The translations under genes were made by a program, and so were the position numbers. DNA of 64,000 bases, from positions 21,142,001 through 21,206,000 of the forward strand of contig NC_083422.1 in the NCBI RefSeq assembly GCF_020745735.1, written 5' to 3'. Positions within the stretch are counted from its first letter, which is position 1. The number at the start of each line of letters is the position of its first letter. Below, one piece after another: positions 37,856 through 51,534 of this stretch. The notes under the pieces are model-generated. The model was not told the DNA's origin and ran no database searches. It saw nothing but the letters and a program-made list of their open reading frames with translations. Source of the stretch: Hemiscyllium ocellatum. Lineage: Eukaryota.

Positions 37856-39689
37856 TCCTCAATGATGGAAGGACCAAGCAGTACAAAAGGTAAGGCTGAA
37901 GCATTCACAGCAATCTTCAGCCAGAAGTGTTGAGTGCACGATTCATCTCTGCCTCCACCAATGGTTTCCAACGTTACAGATACCAATCTTCAGCAATTTA
38001 ATTCACTCCAAGTGACATCAAGAAATGGGTGTCAACACTGGGTACTGCGAAGACAGTAGGTCCTGACAACAATAGTATTGAAGACTTGTGCTCCAGAACT
38101 CGTGACACCCCTAGGCAAGCTGTTCCAGTACAGTTACCACACTTGCATTTACCCGACAATATGGAAAATTGCTCAGGTATATCCTGCACACAAAAAGCAA
38201 ACCAAGTCCAACCTGGCCAATTACCGCCCCATTAATCATCTCTAGATCATCAGTAAAGTGGTGGAGGGTGCCGTCAACAGTGCTGTCAAGCAGCACCTGC
38301 TTCAGCCATAACCTGCTCAGTGACGCCCAGTTTAGGTTCCAACAGGACCACTCACCTCCTGACCTCATTACAGCCTTGGTTCAAACATGGACAAAAGAGC
38401 TGAATTCCAGAGGTGAGGTGAGAGTGACAGCCCTTGACATCAAGGCTGCATTACTCTGAGTGTGGCATCAAGGAGCCCTAGCAGAACTAGAATCAGTGGT
38501 TATTGGGGGCAAACTCTCCGCTGGTTAGAGTCATATCTGATACATAGGAAGATGGTCTTAGTTGTTGAAGGTCAGTCATCTCAGCTGCGGAACATCACTG
38601 CAGGAGTTTCTCAGGATAGTGTCCTAGGCCCAACCATCTTCAGCTTCTTCATCAACGACCTTCCCTCCATCCTAACGTCAGAAGTGGGTAAGTTTGTTGA
38701 TGATTGCACAATGTTCAGCACTAATCTCAATTCCTCAGATACTGTATCCGTCCATATTGAAATGCAACAAGATTTGAATCATATCCAGGTTTGGGCTGAC
38801 ACATGACAAATAATATTCATACCGCACAAATGTCAGGCAATGATCACCACCAACAAAGGGAAATCTAACCACCGCCCCCTTTGGGACATTTGGTGGTGTC
38901 ACTATCACTGAATCCCTCACTATCAACATCCTGGGGGCTACCATTGACCAGAAACTCAGCTGGACTCACTACATAAACACAGTAGCTACAAGAGCAGATC
39001 AGAGACTAGGGACAAAAGGACTGCCCTCAAAACCTGCCCATTATCTGCAAGGCGTAAGTTAGGAGTGTGATTGAATACTTCTCAGTTTCCTGGATGGGTC
39101 CAGCTCAAGTTCCAGCAACCCTACAGAAGCTTGACACCATCCAGGACAAAGCAGCCCACTTAATTGGTATTATATCCAGAAACATCTACTCCCTCCATCA
39201 CTGATGCTCAGTAGCAGCAGAGTGTACTATCTATAAGGTGCACTGCAGAAATTCACCAAAGATCCTTAGTTAGCACTTTCCAATCCAGCAATAACTTCCA
39301 TCCAGAATGATGAGAGCAGCAGATATAGGGGAGCACCACCACCTGCACATTTCCCTCCAAGTCACTCTCCATCCTGACATGGGAATATATCGTCATTCCT
39401 TCACTGTCATTGGGTCAAAATCCTGGAATTCCCTTCCTAATGGCAGTTCATGTCTACCTACAGCATGTGGACTGCAGTGGTTCAAGAAGCCACCTTCATA
39501 AGGGTCTAGTAGGGACAGGCGATAACTGCTGACCTACCTGTGACACCCACATCCCACGAAGGAATGATTTTAAAAAGTCAATGAATGAAGTCTGGAATTA
39601 ATTTTGATGAGCAATATGCATAGTTTGCCATGTGGAATTATGATGTTGTGGTGATAACGCAGATCTAGCTGAAGGAAAGGCAGGACTGT

Positions 39690-42120
39690 ATGTTAAATAT
39701 TCCTGGTTACGGGGTGTTCAAAACATCTAGGAAAGGCAGAAAGGGACGTGGGGTGGCAGTATAGGTTAACAAAGCTTTGCAGGATTGGAGAAAGAGGATG
39801 GCTCCGAAGTTTCAGGGACAGAACCAATTGAGCTAGAGGTAAAGAATAAGGACAGTGCAATTGCCTTGCCTTGTGTGAGCTGAAGCCACCAATTAGCAGG
39901 AAGAGCAAATAAAGGAACAAATCTGCAAAGTAAGTACTGTAAGGTGCCAGTACTGCCGAGTAGTTATAATGGTGCAATTTCATTACCCAAATATAGTTTG
40001 ATTTGTAGTACTGTAATGGGCAAAGAGGGACAAACATTCTTAAATTGTGTTCAGAAGAATTTACTTTTGCAGATTGGTGTCCAGTCCAACAAGAAAGGCA
40101 ATACTGATTAACCTGATCCTTGGGAGCACGGTGATCAGGTAGAGCAAGAGTCAAGGAGGGAGCAGACAGTAATTGTTGGGCCATAGGGATTAGGATGATG
40201 GGGCAAGAATAACATGGGCTGCATAGAATGGAGCAAAGGTTAGCAAGAGAGATTACAACTAATCAATGGGCTACGTTTAAAGAAACAATGGATCAGATGA
40301 AGTTTAGATGTATTCATTCAAAAGGGTAAGGTAGGAAAAACAACTTGACAGCATGGTGGCTCAATGGTTAGCTCTGCTGCCTCACAGTGCCAGAGACCTG
40401 GGTTTGATTCCAGCCTTGGATGACTGTGTGAAGTTTGCATGTTCTCCCTGGATCTGCATAGGTTTTTGCCTGGTGTTCTGGTTTCCTCCCACAGTCCAAA
40501 GATGGCTGGATTGGCCATGCTAAATTCCCCATAGGGTCCAAGGATGTGCAGGCTAGTAGCCATTGGAAATGTGGGGTTATGGATCTATGGTCACTGGCTA
40601 GGTCTGGGTGGGGTGCTCTTTAGAGGGTTGGTGTGGACTTGATGGGCCAATTGGCCTCTTTCCACACTGTAGGGATGCTATGATTGATTCTATAAAATCC
40701 AGAGCGTCCTATTGAAACAGAAGGAAGAAACTAAGATAAAGGAGGGAATGTATGTTTATTAGAAGTGTCAGGTAGAAAATACAACTGAGAACTTAGCCAA
40801 ATATATAATGTTCAGAAAGGAAGTGAAAAAAAATAAACAAGCATTGAGGGATTATAAAGAAAAGACTGACAGCAAAGATAAAGGGGAATCCCAAAGCCTT
40901 TGTTACCATGTCAACAGTAAAAATGTGGCAAGAGGAGGAGTAGGGCTGACGAGGGATCTAAAAGGGGATTTCTGTATAGAGGTAAGGGGCATGGCTGAGG
41001 TCTTAAACAAACATCCTGCAGGTGTCTTTGCCAAGGAGCATTCCTTACCTGGGCTATAGTGACAAAGGAGGTAACTCAGTCACTTGATAGAGTTTGATAT
41101 TTATAAGAAGTGGTATTAAGTTGTTGGTATTTCGAGATGACAAGACCCCTGAACCAAATGAAGTACCTCCGCGTCTGTGAAAGGAAGTGAGGGTTGAAAT
41201 TGCAGAGACATTATTCTTAATCTTTCAGTCTTTTCTGGACATGTGGATGGTACCAGAGTACTGGAAAATTAAAAACATTGCAGCTTTATTCAAAAGGGTT
41301 GTAGGGAAAAACCCAGCAATTATCTACTAGTCAGTTTAAACTCAGCTTCGAGGAACAATGGTCCAGCATAGGAGTAATAGTCACGTGGACAAATTTTAGT
41401 TAGGGAGAGCCATCATAGCTTTCTTCATGGAAAGTCTTGTTCAACAAACATGCCCTGGATTTCTTTGAAAACATAACAGAGAGAGTTGATGATGGTAATG
41501 CAGTTGATGTGATGTACATAGGCTTTGAAAAGGTATTTGGCAGTGCTCCACAACAGACTTGTGATAAAGCTTACAGCTTATGGAATAAAAGGAACAGTTA
41601 CAACGTGGATGCAAATTTGCTGAGTGATAGGAAGCAACAATCATTAAGTACTATTTTTCTGGCTGAAGGTAGGTTTGTCCTGGACATTCCTGGGAAATGT
41701 TGAGACCTTTTGTTTTCCCTGATTCATAGAAATGATTTACATCTTGGTATGCAAGAGGCAATTTCCAGGTTGTGGATGATACAAAATTTGGAAGCATTGT
41801 AAACTGTGAGGAGGGTTTCCAAAAGATATTGACAAATTGGTGGGCGTGTGGATAATCAACAGGTGGAATTCAATGTCTAGAAATATGAAGCAATATATTT
41901 TTGTAGGAAAAACATGGGAGAGAAAATGTAAAATGCAAGGCATTCCTGTAAAGATTGTGCAGGGGCCGAGCAGTCATAATGCACGAAAGGTAGCAGAACA
42001 GATGGGGAGCTCAGTACAGAAGAGATTTACAAGAAAGATTCCAGGGATGAGGAAGTTCCTAAGAAAGATAAATTGGAACAGTTGGTACCATTTTCCTTCG
42101 AGAGAAGGATCTTTAAGCCC
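39690..42120 (+). mobile_element. Old CR1 LINE fragments (APE to RT), interrupted by a SINE
   Basis: Degenerate APE and RT motifs (ENITERVDDGNAVDVMYIGFEKVF). Confidence 0.7.
40347..40692 (+). mobile_element. HE1-like V-SINE
   Basis: tRNA head, V core and CR1-like tail. Confidence 0.88.
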
Positions 42121-42380
42121 TTTTTCATTACACAGTATTGGATCTAAAAGAACATGCCCTCTATTGGCCCTTTAATGTACTGCTCTAGAAAACCATCTCA
42201 AATACATCCCAGAAAATCATCTTTCACAGTTTAGTGCTCAGTTGTTTTACCCAGTCTATATGCAGATTGAAGGCATCCACGATCAGTCTGCTGCTGAAGC
42301 TACAAGGTTCTGTCATCTCCTCATTAATATTAGGCTACACTACCATTGCTATTTGGTTCCTATGAAGTTGGACTATGTGG

Positions 42381-44339
42381 GACCTCATAGTCCCACAACC
42401 CCGCACCGCCTGTTTCTACCTCCTGCCCAAAATCCACAAACCTGACTGCCCCGGCTGACTCATTGTCTCAGCCTGCTCCTGCCCCACTGAACTCATCTCT
42501 GCATATTTCGACACGGTCCTGTCCCCGTTAGTCCAAGAACTCCCACCTACGTTCGGGACACCACCCATGCCCTCCACCTCCTCCATGATTTTCGCTTCCC
42601 CGATCCCCAATGCCTTATCTTCACCATGGACATCCAGCCCCTGTACACCTCCATCCCCAATCATGAAGGACTCAAAGCCCTCCGCTTCTTCCTTTCCCAC
42701 CGAACCAACCAGTACCCTTCCACTGACGCCCTCCTTCGACTGACTGAACTGGTCCTCACTCTGAACAACTTCTCTTTCCAATCCTCCCACTTCCTCCAAA
42801 CCAAAGGAGTAGCCATGGGCACCCACATGGGCCCCAGCTATGCCTGCCTCTTCATAGGATATGTGGAACAGTCCATCTTCCGCAGCTACACTGGCACCAC
42901 CCCCCACCTTATCCTCTGCTACATCAATGACTGTATCGGCGTTGCCTGGTGCTCCCACAAGGAGGTTGAACAGTTCATCCACTTTATCAACACCTTCCAC
43001 CCCGACCTCAAATTTACCTGGACTGTCTCAGACTCCTCCCTCTCCTTCCTGGGCCTCTCCATTTCTATCTCGGGCGACCGAATCAACACGGACATTTAAT
43101 ATAAACCGACCGACTCCCACAGCTACCGAGACTACACCTTCTCCCACCCTGCCCCTTTAAAAACGCCATCCCATATTCCCAATTCCTTCGTCTCTGCTGC
43201 ATCTGCTCCCAGGAGGACCAGTTCCAATACCGAACAACCCAGATGGCCTCCTTCTTCAAGGACCGCAATTTCCCCTCAGACGTGATCAACAATGCTCTCC
43301 ACCACATCTCCTCCACTTCCCGCTCCTCCGCCCTTGAGCCCTACCCCTCCAATCGCCACCAGGACAGAACCCCACTGGTGCTCACCTACCACCCCACCAA
43401 CCTCAATATATATCACATCATCTGTCGTTATTTCCGCCACCTCCAAACGGATCCCACCACCAGGGATATATTTCCATCCCCTCCCCTATCAGCGTTCTGA
43501 AAAGACTACTCCCTCTGTGACTCCCTTGTCAGGTCCACATCCCCCACCAACCCAACCTTCCCTCCTGGCACCTTCCCATGCAACTGCAAGAAACGCAAAA
43601 CTTACGCCCACACCTCCCCCCTTACTTCCCTCCAAAGTCCCAAGGGATCCTTCCATATCAGCCACAAATTCACCTGCACCTCCACACACATCATTTACTG
43701 CATCCACTGCACCCAAAGCACCCGAAGCACCCGAAGTGGCCTCCTCTATATTGGGGAGATAGGCCGCCTACTTGCGGAACGTTTCAGAGAACACCTCTGG
43801 GACACCCGGACCAACCAACCCAACCACCCCGTGGCTCAACCCTTCAACTCCCCCTCCCACTCCACCAAGGACATGCAGGTCCTTGGACTCCTCCATCGCC
43901 AGACCATAGCACCACGACGGTTGGAGGAAGAGCGCCTCATCTTCCGCCTAGGAACCCTCCAACCACAAGGGATGAACTCAGATTTCTCCAGTTTCCTCAT
44001 TTCCCCTCCCCCCACCTTGTCTCAGTCCCAATCTTCGAACTCAGCACCGCCCTCCTAACCAGCAATCTTCTTCCTGACCTCTCCGCCCCCACCCCTACTC
44101 CGGCCTATCACCCTCACCTTAACCTCCTTCCACCTATCGCATTTTCAATGCCCCTCCCCCAAGTCCCTCCTCCCTACCTTTTATCTTAGCCTGCTTGGCA
44201 CACTCTCCTCATTCCTGAAGAAGGGGTCATGCCCGAAACGTCGAATTTCCTGTTCCTTGGATTCTGCCTGACCTGCTGCGCTTTTCCAGCAACACATTTT
44301 CAGCTCTGATCTCCAGCATCTGCAGTCCTCACTTTCTCC
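42381..44339 (+). mobile_element. Neptune-like PLE, single arm, RT plus GIY-YIG (decayed), long tail
   Basis: FYLLPKIHK, FTMDIQPLYTSIP, GVAMGTHMGPSYA, YINDC, YIGE; HHR at 44211-44246. Confidence 0.93.
44211..44246 (+). ncRNA. Minimal hammerhead motif, sense to DNTT and not part of a palindrome
   Basis: attc-CTGAAGA-A-gggg(tcat)gccc-GAAA-CG-TC-gaat. Predicted cleavage after C44242; palindromic ACGT stem III. Confidence 0.8.
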
Positions 44340-45514
44340 AATGAATGAAATGATCCTATCCCTAAACAACCCAGCCTCCTTTCCCTTCTTGTCTGTCCTT
44401 CTTAGACATCACATATCCTTGAACATCCCAGAGCTGATCAACATGCAGCCATGTTTTTGTAATGGCAATTGGATCATACCAATGCATCTCTAATTGTACC
44501 TTTAGAATTGGGGATCATGAGGAACTACTCATGTTGGGTGCATAGTCATGAACTTCAGTTAGTGGCAACTTGAATGTTGTGCTGGAAGTGGAAAGATAAA
44601 GAAGCAAAATTACAGAAAACAATGACAGTCAAAAATATGTTATATTATCTATGATACACAAAAGTTAGTTTGGCATAAATAACAGGAAGAACCTAAAAGT
44701 CCAAACCAAGCCTCAGGAAGTATTGTTCTGTAAACAACAATATGGAGGTGTCCCACTGACCTTTCTAAATTGAAAATGAGGAATTATAAAAGATTGTTGG
44801 AAGATACATTTTTGGTGGGTTATTCTGCATAATTTTATAATTTTGAAAACTGTAATGATGCTAATACACATTGAAGCATAACTGCAAATCAACAAATTAT
44901 TGCTTATGGAGCTGGGAATGTAATGTCAAATCCACTTGAGCCAATATGCTCAAATGTGCTGGGTCTGCAGGCAGGGTGCACCATGTGTATGCACATATAT
45001 CAGGGGGGAGAAGCTCTCAAAATCCAAATGAAAATAAATCAAAGTTTTTCTTTCACTAAATCTCAATATTTTCTCATTTTCAGATGACTAAGAATAGATT
45101 CACACACAAATTAATGCAAATTAATGCCAGAATTTAAGGTGTTTGTGTCTTGTATACTGTAGGTGTGAAATAGTGAAATCCTTTGAAAATTCAGGGCTAT
45201 GAAACTGCTTTATTTTAAAGTTAAATTCCCAATGTACTGTTACAGCCACCTCTAGGATGTCAATGAAGTTTCAGCGGCAGGAGGTACATGCAGCTGTAGA
45301 TCCTTCTGTAATTATGCAGAGTTTAACTTGGCTGGATGGACGTGAGAGAATCTGCTGTTTTCAGATGAACATGTCTGCATAGCTTAGGCAATCATTATTA
45401 ACTCTTTACATCACCACAATCACTCATGAAGAACTGTGGAAAGAAGTCTTTCATTTTAAGTCTATTTTTAAAGAACCTAAGTACAAATCTGCACATATAA
45501 AATTAGTTTAAGAC

Positions 45515-47130
45515 CATAAAATGTAGGATCAGAATTAAGTCATTCAGCTCATTGAGTCTCCTCTGTCATTCAATCATGGCTCTTGTATGCCTCAAACACA
45601 TTCTCCTGCCCTCACTCTTTAACCCTTGATGGTCCTTACTAATCAAGAACCTGTCCATCTCTGTCTTAAATACATTCGATGACTTGGCCTCTATAGCCTT
45701 CTCTAGCAATGAGTTCTACAACTTCACCACTCTCTGTCTGAAGAAATTCCTCTTCATCTCAGTTCTAAAGAGTTTTCCCTTCACTCTGAGGCTGTTGTCT
45801 TGGGTCCTAGTCTTTCCTACTGGTGGAAATGTCTTCCCCATATCCATTTTATCCAGGCCGCTCAGTTTCAACCAGATTCTCCCGTAACCGTCTAAATTCC
45901 ATTGGATACAGAAACAGAGTCCTCAACTGCTCTTCATATGACAAGCTCTTCATCCTGGGGATCATTCTTGTAAACCTCCTCTGGACTCCCTCCAAGGCCA
46001 GCACATATTTTCTTAGATACGAGATTCAAAACTACTTACAATATTTCAAATACAGTCTTTCAGAGCCTTCTATAGCCTCAATATACATCTTTGCTCTTGT
46101 ATTCTAGCCCTCTTGAAATGAATGCTAACATTACATTTGCCTTCCTTACTGACAACTGAACCTGCATGTTAGTCTTAGGAATCCTTGATCAAGATTCTCT
46201 TAAGTGCCTTTGTGCTTCAGATTCTCAAAGCCTTTCCCCATTTAGAAAATAGTCTGTGCTTCTACTCTTCCGACCAAAGTGCACAACCTAACACTATCCC
46301 ACACTGTATTGTACTTCTTTTCTCCCTCTCCTAGCCGGTCCAAGTCCTTCTGCAGCCTTCCCGTTCCCTCAACACTACTTGTCCCTCCTCCTATCATTGC
46401 ATCATCTACAAACTTAGCAAAAATGCCCTTAGTTCTTTCATCTAGGCCATTAATGTATAATGTGAATGGTTTTGGTCCCAACATTGACCCCTGCGGAACT
46501 CCATTAGTCTCCAACTGCTGTTTTGAAAAAGAGCCCTTTTATCCCCATTCCCTGGCCCCTCCAGTTTATCCATCCAGTACCTTGTCCTTAAACCCATGGG
46601 TTCTAATCTTATTTAACAGCCTCCTGTGTGGTACCTTGCCAAAGGCCTTTAGGAAATCCAAATAGATTACATTCACTGCCTCTCTTTTGGGTAACTTATC
46701 TGTTATCTTTTCAATGAGATTCTAGCAGATTTGTTAGGCATGACAAAGCCATGCTGACTCAACTCTATTTCACCATGCACTCCCAAGTATCTGCTATCTC
46801 ACTCTTAATTATGGACTCTACAATCTTACAATCACCAAAGCCAGGCTAACTAGCCTATAATTTCCTGTCATCTGCTTCCCTCCCTTCTTAAACAAGGGTA
46901 CTGCATTCACTATTTTCCAGTCCTCTGGAGCCCTCCCTGACTCTAGTGATTACTGTAAGATCATCACCAGTGCCTCGACAATCTTCTTAGCTACCTCCTT
47001 CAGAGCTGTGGGGTGCAGACCATCCAGTCTGGGTGATTTGTCCACCTTCAGACCTTTCAGCTTTCCTAGCATCTTCTACTCAGTGGCAGTCATCACACTC
47101 ACCTCTGCCCTCTGATACTTTTGAGTCTGA
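45515..47130 (-). mobile_element. CR1 LINE (antisense), decayed
   Basis: Minus-strand ORF 46242..46514: GVPQGSMLGP...YINGLD...KFVDD. Confidence 0.85.
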
Positions 47131-47926
47131 GATGTACTTCTGTCAGACTTTATATGTTTCATGTTCCACTGTCCTGAGAATGCATCAGCAGAACTAAATT
47201 GGCAACATTCAATAAAGGCTCACCAAGTGATAAACCATGAAGACATTGTATGAAATTTTACCAGTCCCTGTTGGCAGGGATGAGATGCCAAAATCCCCTT
47301 GATGAATTTCCCATTATCCTCACACTAGCCCCCAATCTGTTTGTAATATAATTTGCCCTCACTCCAATTGAGACCTGTAATTGGGCAATTAATGACCACT
47401 GAAGGGCCACACTGTACCTGATTTGTTTGTTTGGGAGGAGTTCAGGAGGAGGGTAGATGGCCAAAGGGTTGCCTTGTCAGGACTTGTGCTATCAGGGTGG
47501 GGCCCATCTCCTTCAGTGGGTTTCTTTCCCAAAAGGTCAGTCTCTCACATCCCCTCACAGCCTACTGACCTTTCCATGAAGGCCCACAGTCTCTCGCTGC
47601 ATCTCGCTGTGCCTCACCTCTCTAGCCAGTTAAGGATCCTTGAATGATTACATGTCTTTAATAAAGTGGGGAGATATTACTGACTCAGGTGGAGGGACAC
47701 AAAGTCCTGTCCTGTAAAAAAATCTTCACGCAGATTTTCCACATCAAATGCACAGTTGATGTTAACATTAGATTTCTACCTCTTGTGGTTAATCAGTTAT
47801 GAACTTTTTGACTGAAGCAAATATTTGTCAAGTAATTCCTTGGAACTGCTCCCATTCCACTGGCATCACATGTAGTCAGGAATTCTATTGTATCAATGGC
47901 AAGGCAACATATGCAAAGCAAAAGCA

Positions 47927-48132
47927 GGATTAGAGTGGTGCTGGAAAAACACAGCAGGTCAGGCAGCATCCGAGGAGCAGGAACATTGACGTTTCAGACA
48001 AAAGGATGATGGGCTTTTGCCCAAAACACTGATTTTCCTGCTCCTCAGATGCTGCCTGACCTGCTGTGCTTTTCCAGCACCACTGTAATCTTGACTCTAA
48101 TCTCCAGCATCTGCAGTACTCACTTTTGCCAC
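47927..48132. mobile_element. Palindromic PLE tail element with decayed hammerhead
   Basis: Arms meet at about 48000, 42 nt extra tail on the right, TSD agcaaaagca (47917-47926 / 48133-48142). Confidence 0.85.
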
Positions 48133-50089
48133 AGCAAAAGCAAGTCTGAGGAACTGCTTAGCCATCATTCTTTCATAATAAAAAGATTGTCAGATACTAT
48201 AAGGAGTGTTGTTGCATTAATATATATTCAGGGACACTGCCCTATTGGGGATGCTCCTTTTAAGATAGTAAAGTTAAGTCCTCTCTTCTTTCCCTTTTGA
48301 TCATGAATATCCCTTGGTACTGGATCCCAACATGGGATTTCTCCCTGACTCACTGCCAATATCCACTCCACAATCACATTTCTCAAACATACTGTTTTGC
48401 CATGATCACGTTTTTGTTTTGGGAGCTTACTGTGCACACTTCAGCTGACTTCTCTCCTACATTTCAGGACTGTGTTTCATATGTTCTTCATCAACTGTAA
48501 AGAGCTTTGAGGTGCTCTGAAGCCACGAATAGTGTATTATAAATGCTAATTCCTCATTCTAACATTCAACTAACAGAGCAAAAGATATCAAGGGAAATGC
48601 AATTGTACTTCCCTCATTTTATTTTCTTTATTATGATTCTATGCAACTCACCTAATGATACAAGTGATGCAGTCTGGCCAAACATTGCTCAGTCCATTGA
48701 CTTCTTGAAGGTAAATATCTATGCTCCATCTACTAGAAGAGGCCAAGTCAAACTATTAATTCCATATAACACTGTAACTACAGCAGTTCTCCAAGAGTTG
48801 CTAAAATTTAAACAAAATTAATACCAGTGTAAAATCACTTCCTTTGCTTTTTGACATCTGTCTAAATGGTCTATACATAATGGCAGTATACGCTAATGTG
48901 AATGCTCATCAATGCACGATGCTTTTATTCTGGCATTTGTATTCCAAGGATCAAGTATGGATTTAATCATGGTTTGCTGAACCAGGGTTACTGGAGCATC
49001 TCTTTGCAAAAATTAAATTGGTTACCTGCCCATTGTAGCCCAAACCAAATTTTCAAGACTTTTTTGATATTTTTCTAAGCACTAGCATTAATTTAATGAG
49101 GCATCTGTTCTTGTTCCAATTGTGTTTTGTTGCACATTGTTTTTGTACTATCTTATCTATAACATCTGCAGTAGTTTGAAATTATAATTGCAGCAGAGGT
49201 TTTAAAAGATGCACCTTCTGCTTGTTCCAGGAATTTAATTCAAAAGAAATCATAAAACTAAAACTGCCAAAACGGCTTTTTAAGAATCTGAGCTAGTTGC
49301 AACTGAGTTAACAGTGGATAATATTCAACAATATCCTTAATCTATCACTAAATGTATTGAAGGTGCTATTTGTTTCCAAGTGACAACAAACTCTGAAAAC
49401 CCACCTGGTCTAAATGCTTAAAGATTATTTCAGAATCTCTGCTATTCAGTGGATGCATTAAGCCATTAATTTTAAACATGTTCCGGATGTCACGGGCAGA
49501 AGTTATGTATTTTCTCACTTCTAGTGATCATTGAGTTTTGCATATGGGGCCTGAGTGTCTACTCACCTTCAGTGTGCCCCAATTTAAATGATGCCGACAG
49601 TAAGTTTATTTTGATTGGTTTGAAATGAAAAGTTCTTTTAATACCCCATACTTGCCCTTGAAGTTTATAAATGTGACATCTAACTCATTTGCCTGACACA
49701 ATTATTCACACAAAAACTGGATGCAGATGGAGAAAAAAGGACACTGCAGTTACAGAGCATAATTGTCTCTGTTTTTCATTTGTGACAGGCCTGTAGTTCC
49801 TTAGATAAGTGTATGTTTTAGCTATGGTGACATTTTTGTAATGTAAAGGATTCTCACTAAGCTGCAAGGCCTCCGTTAGTCAAATTTCAAGTAAATTTAG
49901 TTCTCAGTTGAGCTTGAAATCGTAATACGCTGGGAAGAATTTTCTTCCACTTTCAGGATATTGCTGTTTGTTATTTTGGTTGATTAAGTGACTTGCAGCA
50001 GGTTCAATGTATTTGTAATGAACTCTGTTGGATCTCCTATCACTAAACAGCTTCTTCCTATATTTTAAAAGTGAACAGAAAGCATGTCT

Positions 50090-51330
50090 CTTTCATATTG
50101 CATTCTTTCATATTGATGATAACATTCAACTCTTTTATGGTATGATCGCATAAACTGATAGGGTGATAATTTGCCTGACTGAATTTGTCCTGTTGTTTCT
50201 GTGTGTGTAGGATGTACCTTGGCAATTTTCCACAGTGCTGGATAGATGCTGGTACTGTAGTTGTATTGGAACAGCTTGGCTTGGGGCATAGTCAGTTCTG
50301 GAGCATAAGTCTTCAATACAGTTGCCAGAAAGTTGTCAATTGCAGTATCGAGTGCCTTCAGCCGTTTCTCAAAAAACATGTGAAATGAATCAAATTAGCT
50401 GAAGACTGACATCTGTGATGCTGATTAGATTTGTAGGAGCCTGAGATGAATCACCAACTCAGCACTTCTTGCTGAAGATTGTTGCAAACGTTTTGGCCTT
50501 TTCCCCATCATTGAGGATTGGGCTATTTGTGAGTGTCGTGTTCCAGCAAGTTGTTTAATTGCTCACCACAATTCAGAACCATATATGGTGGGTCTGCAGA
50601 GCTTAGATCTGGCTTGTTGGTTGGTGTTAGATGCATAGAGTGATACAGCATGGAAACAGATCCTTCAGTTCAACTCATCTATGCCAACCAGATTATCTTA
50701 AACTCAACTAGTCCCATTTGTCTGCATTTGGTCCATATCCCTGTAAACCTCCCTTGTTCACGTGCCTATCCAAATGTCTTTGAAATATTGTAACTGTTAC
50801 TGCCTCGATTACTTCCTTTGGCAACTCACTCCATACACTGTTTGTGGAAAGGTTTGCCCCTTAGGTCCTTTTTAAATCTTTCCCTTCTACCTTAAACCTA
50901 TGCCCTCTAGTTTAGTTTTGGACTCCCCTACTTTTGGAAAAAGATCTTGGCATTTCATCTTTATCTATGCCCCTCATGATTTATAAACCTCTGTAAGGTC
51001 ATCTTGTTTTTTTCCCTGTAAGTAGTCCTGTGCTGTTGCTTTAGCAGATGACACCTCATTTTACTACTGTCTGACACTGCTCCTGACTTGTCCCCCTACA
51101 CCTAAACCAGGATTGATCTCTTGTCTTGGTGGTAAAGGTGGGGTGGGGGATACGTTGGGCCATGAGGTTACAGATTGTGTTGGAGTAAAATTCTGCTAAT
51201 GATGATGCATGGTACCTCATGGATGCCCAGACTTGAGTTGCTAGATCTGTTTGAAATCTATCCCATTGTGCACGATGAGACTGCTGCACAACATGATGGA
51301 GAGTTTTGCTGGTGAATTATCATGTTCATA
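50090..51330 (-). mobile_element. L2-like LINE fragments (antisense) with a HER1-like 3' end nested at about 50632-51000
   Basis: ORF 50065..50379 (LKALDTA...LKTYAPEL...LWKIAKV) is the same family as 34420-39575. Confidence 0.75.
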
Positions 51331-51423
51331 AGGCCAACTTTTCTGTTATTGACTTTGCAAGCTTCGGTATTGAACTTTTAGTATGTTGTAATAGTTTTTG
51401 TTCCTATTTTGTTATTTATTTAG

Positions 51424-51534
<111 letters not shown>

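Larger units (their letters stand above)
34420..39575 (+). mobile_element. L2/Crack-like LINE ORF2 plus 3' UTR (clade not resolved), interrupted by two PLEs
   Basis: APE remnants (VILTESYL, GNFN), RT (ALDIKAA, QDSVLGPTIFSFFINDLPS, FVDDC) and a cacatccca...gaatga tail. Host sequence is continuous across both TSDs. Confidence 0.85.

Noticed and set aside
34420-39575. PLEs preferentially targeting other retroelements
   Set aside because: Most of the window is already retroelement and the TSD sequences share no evident consensus, so nesting is expected by chance.
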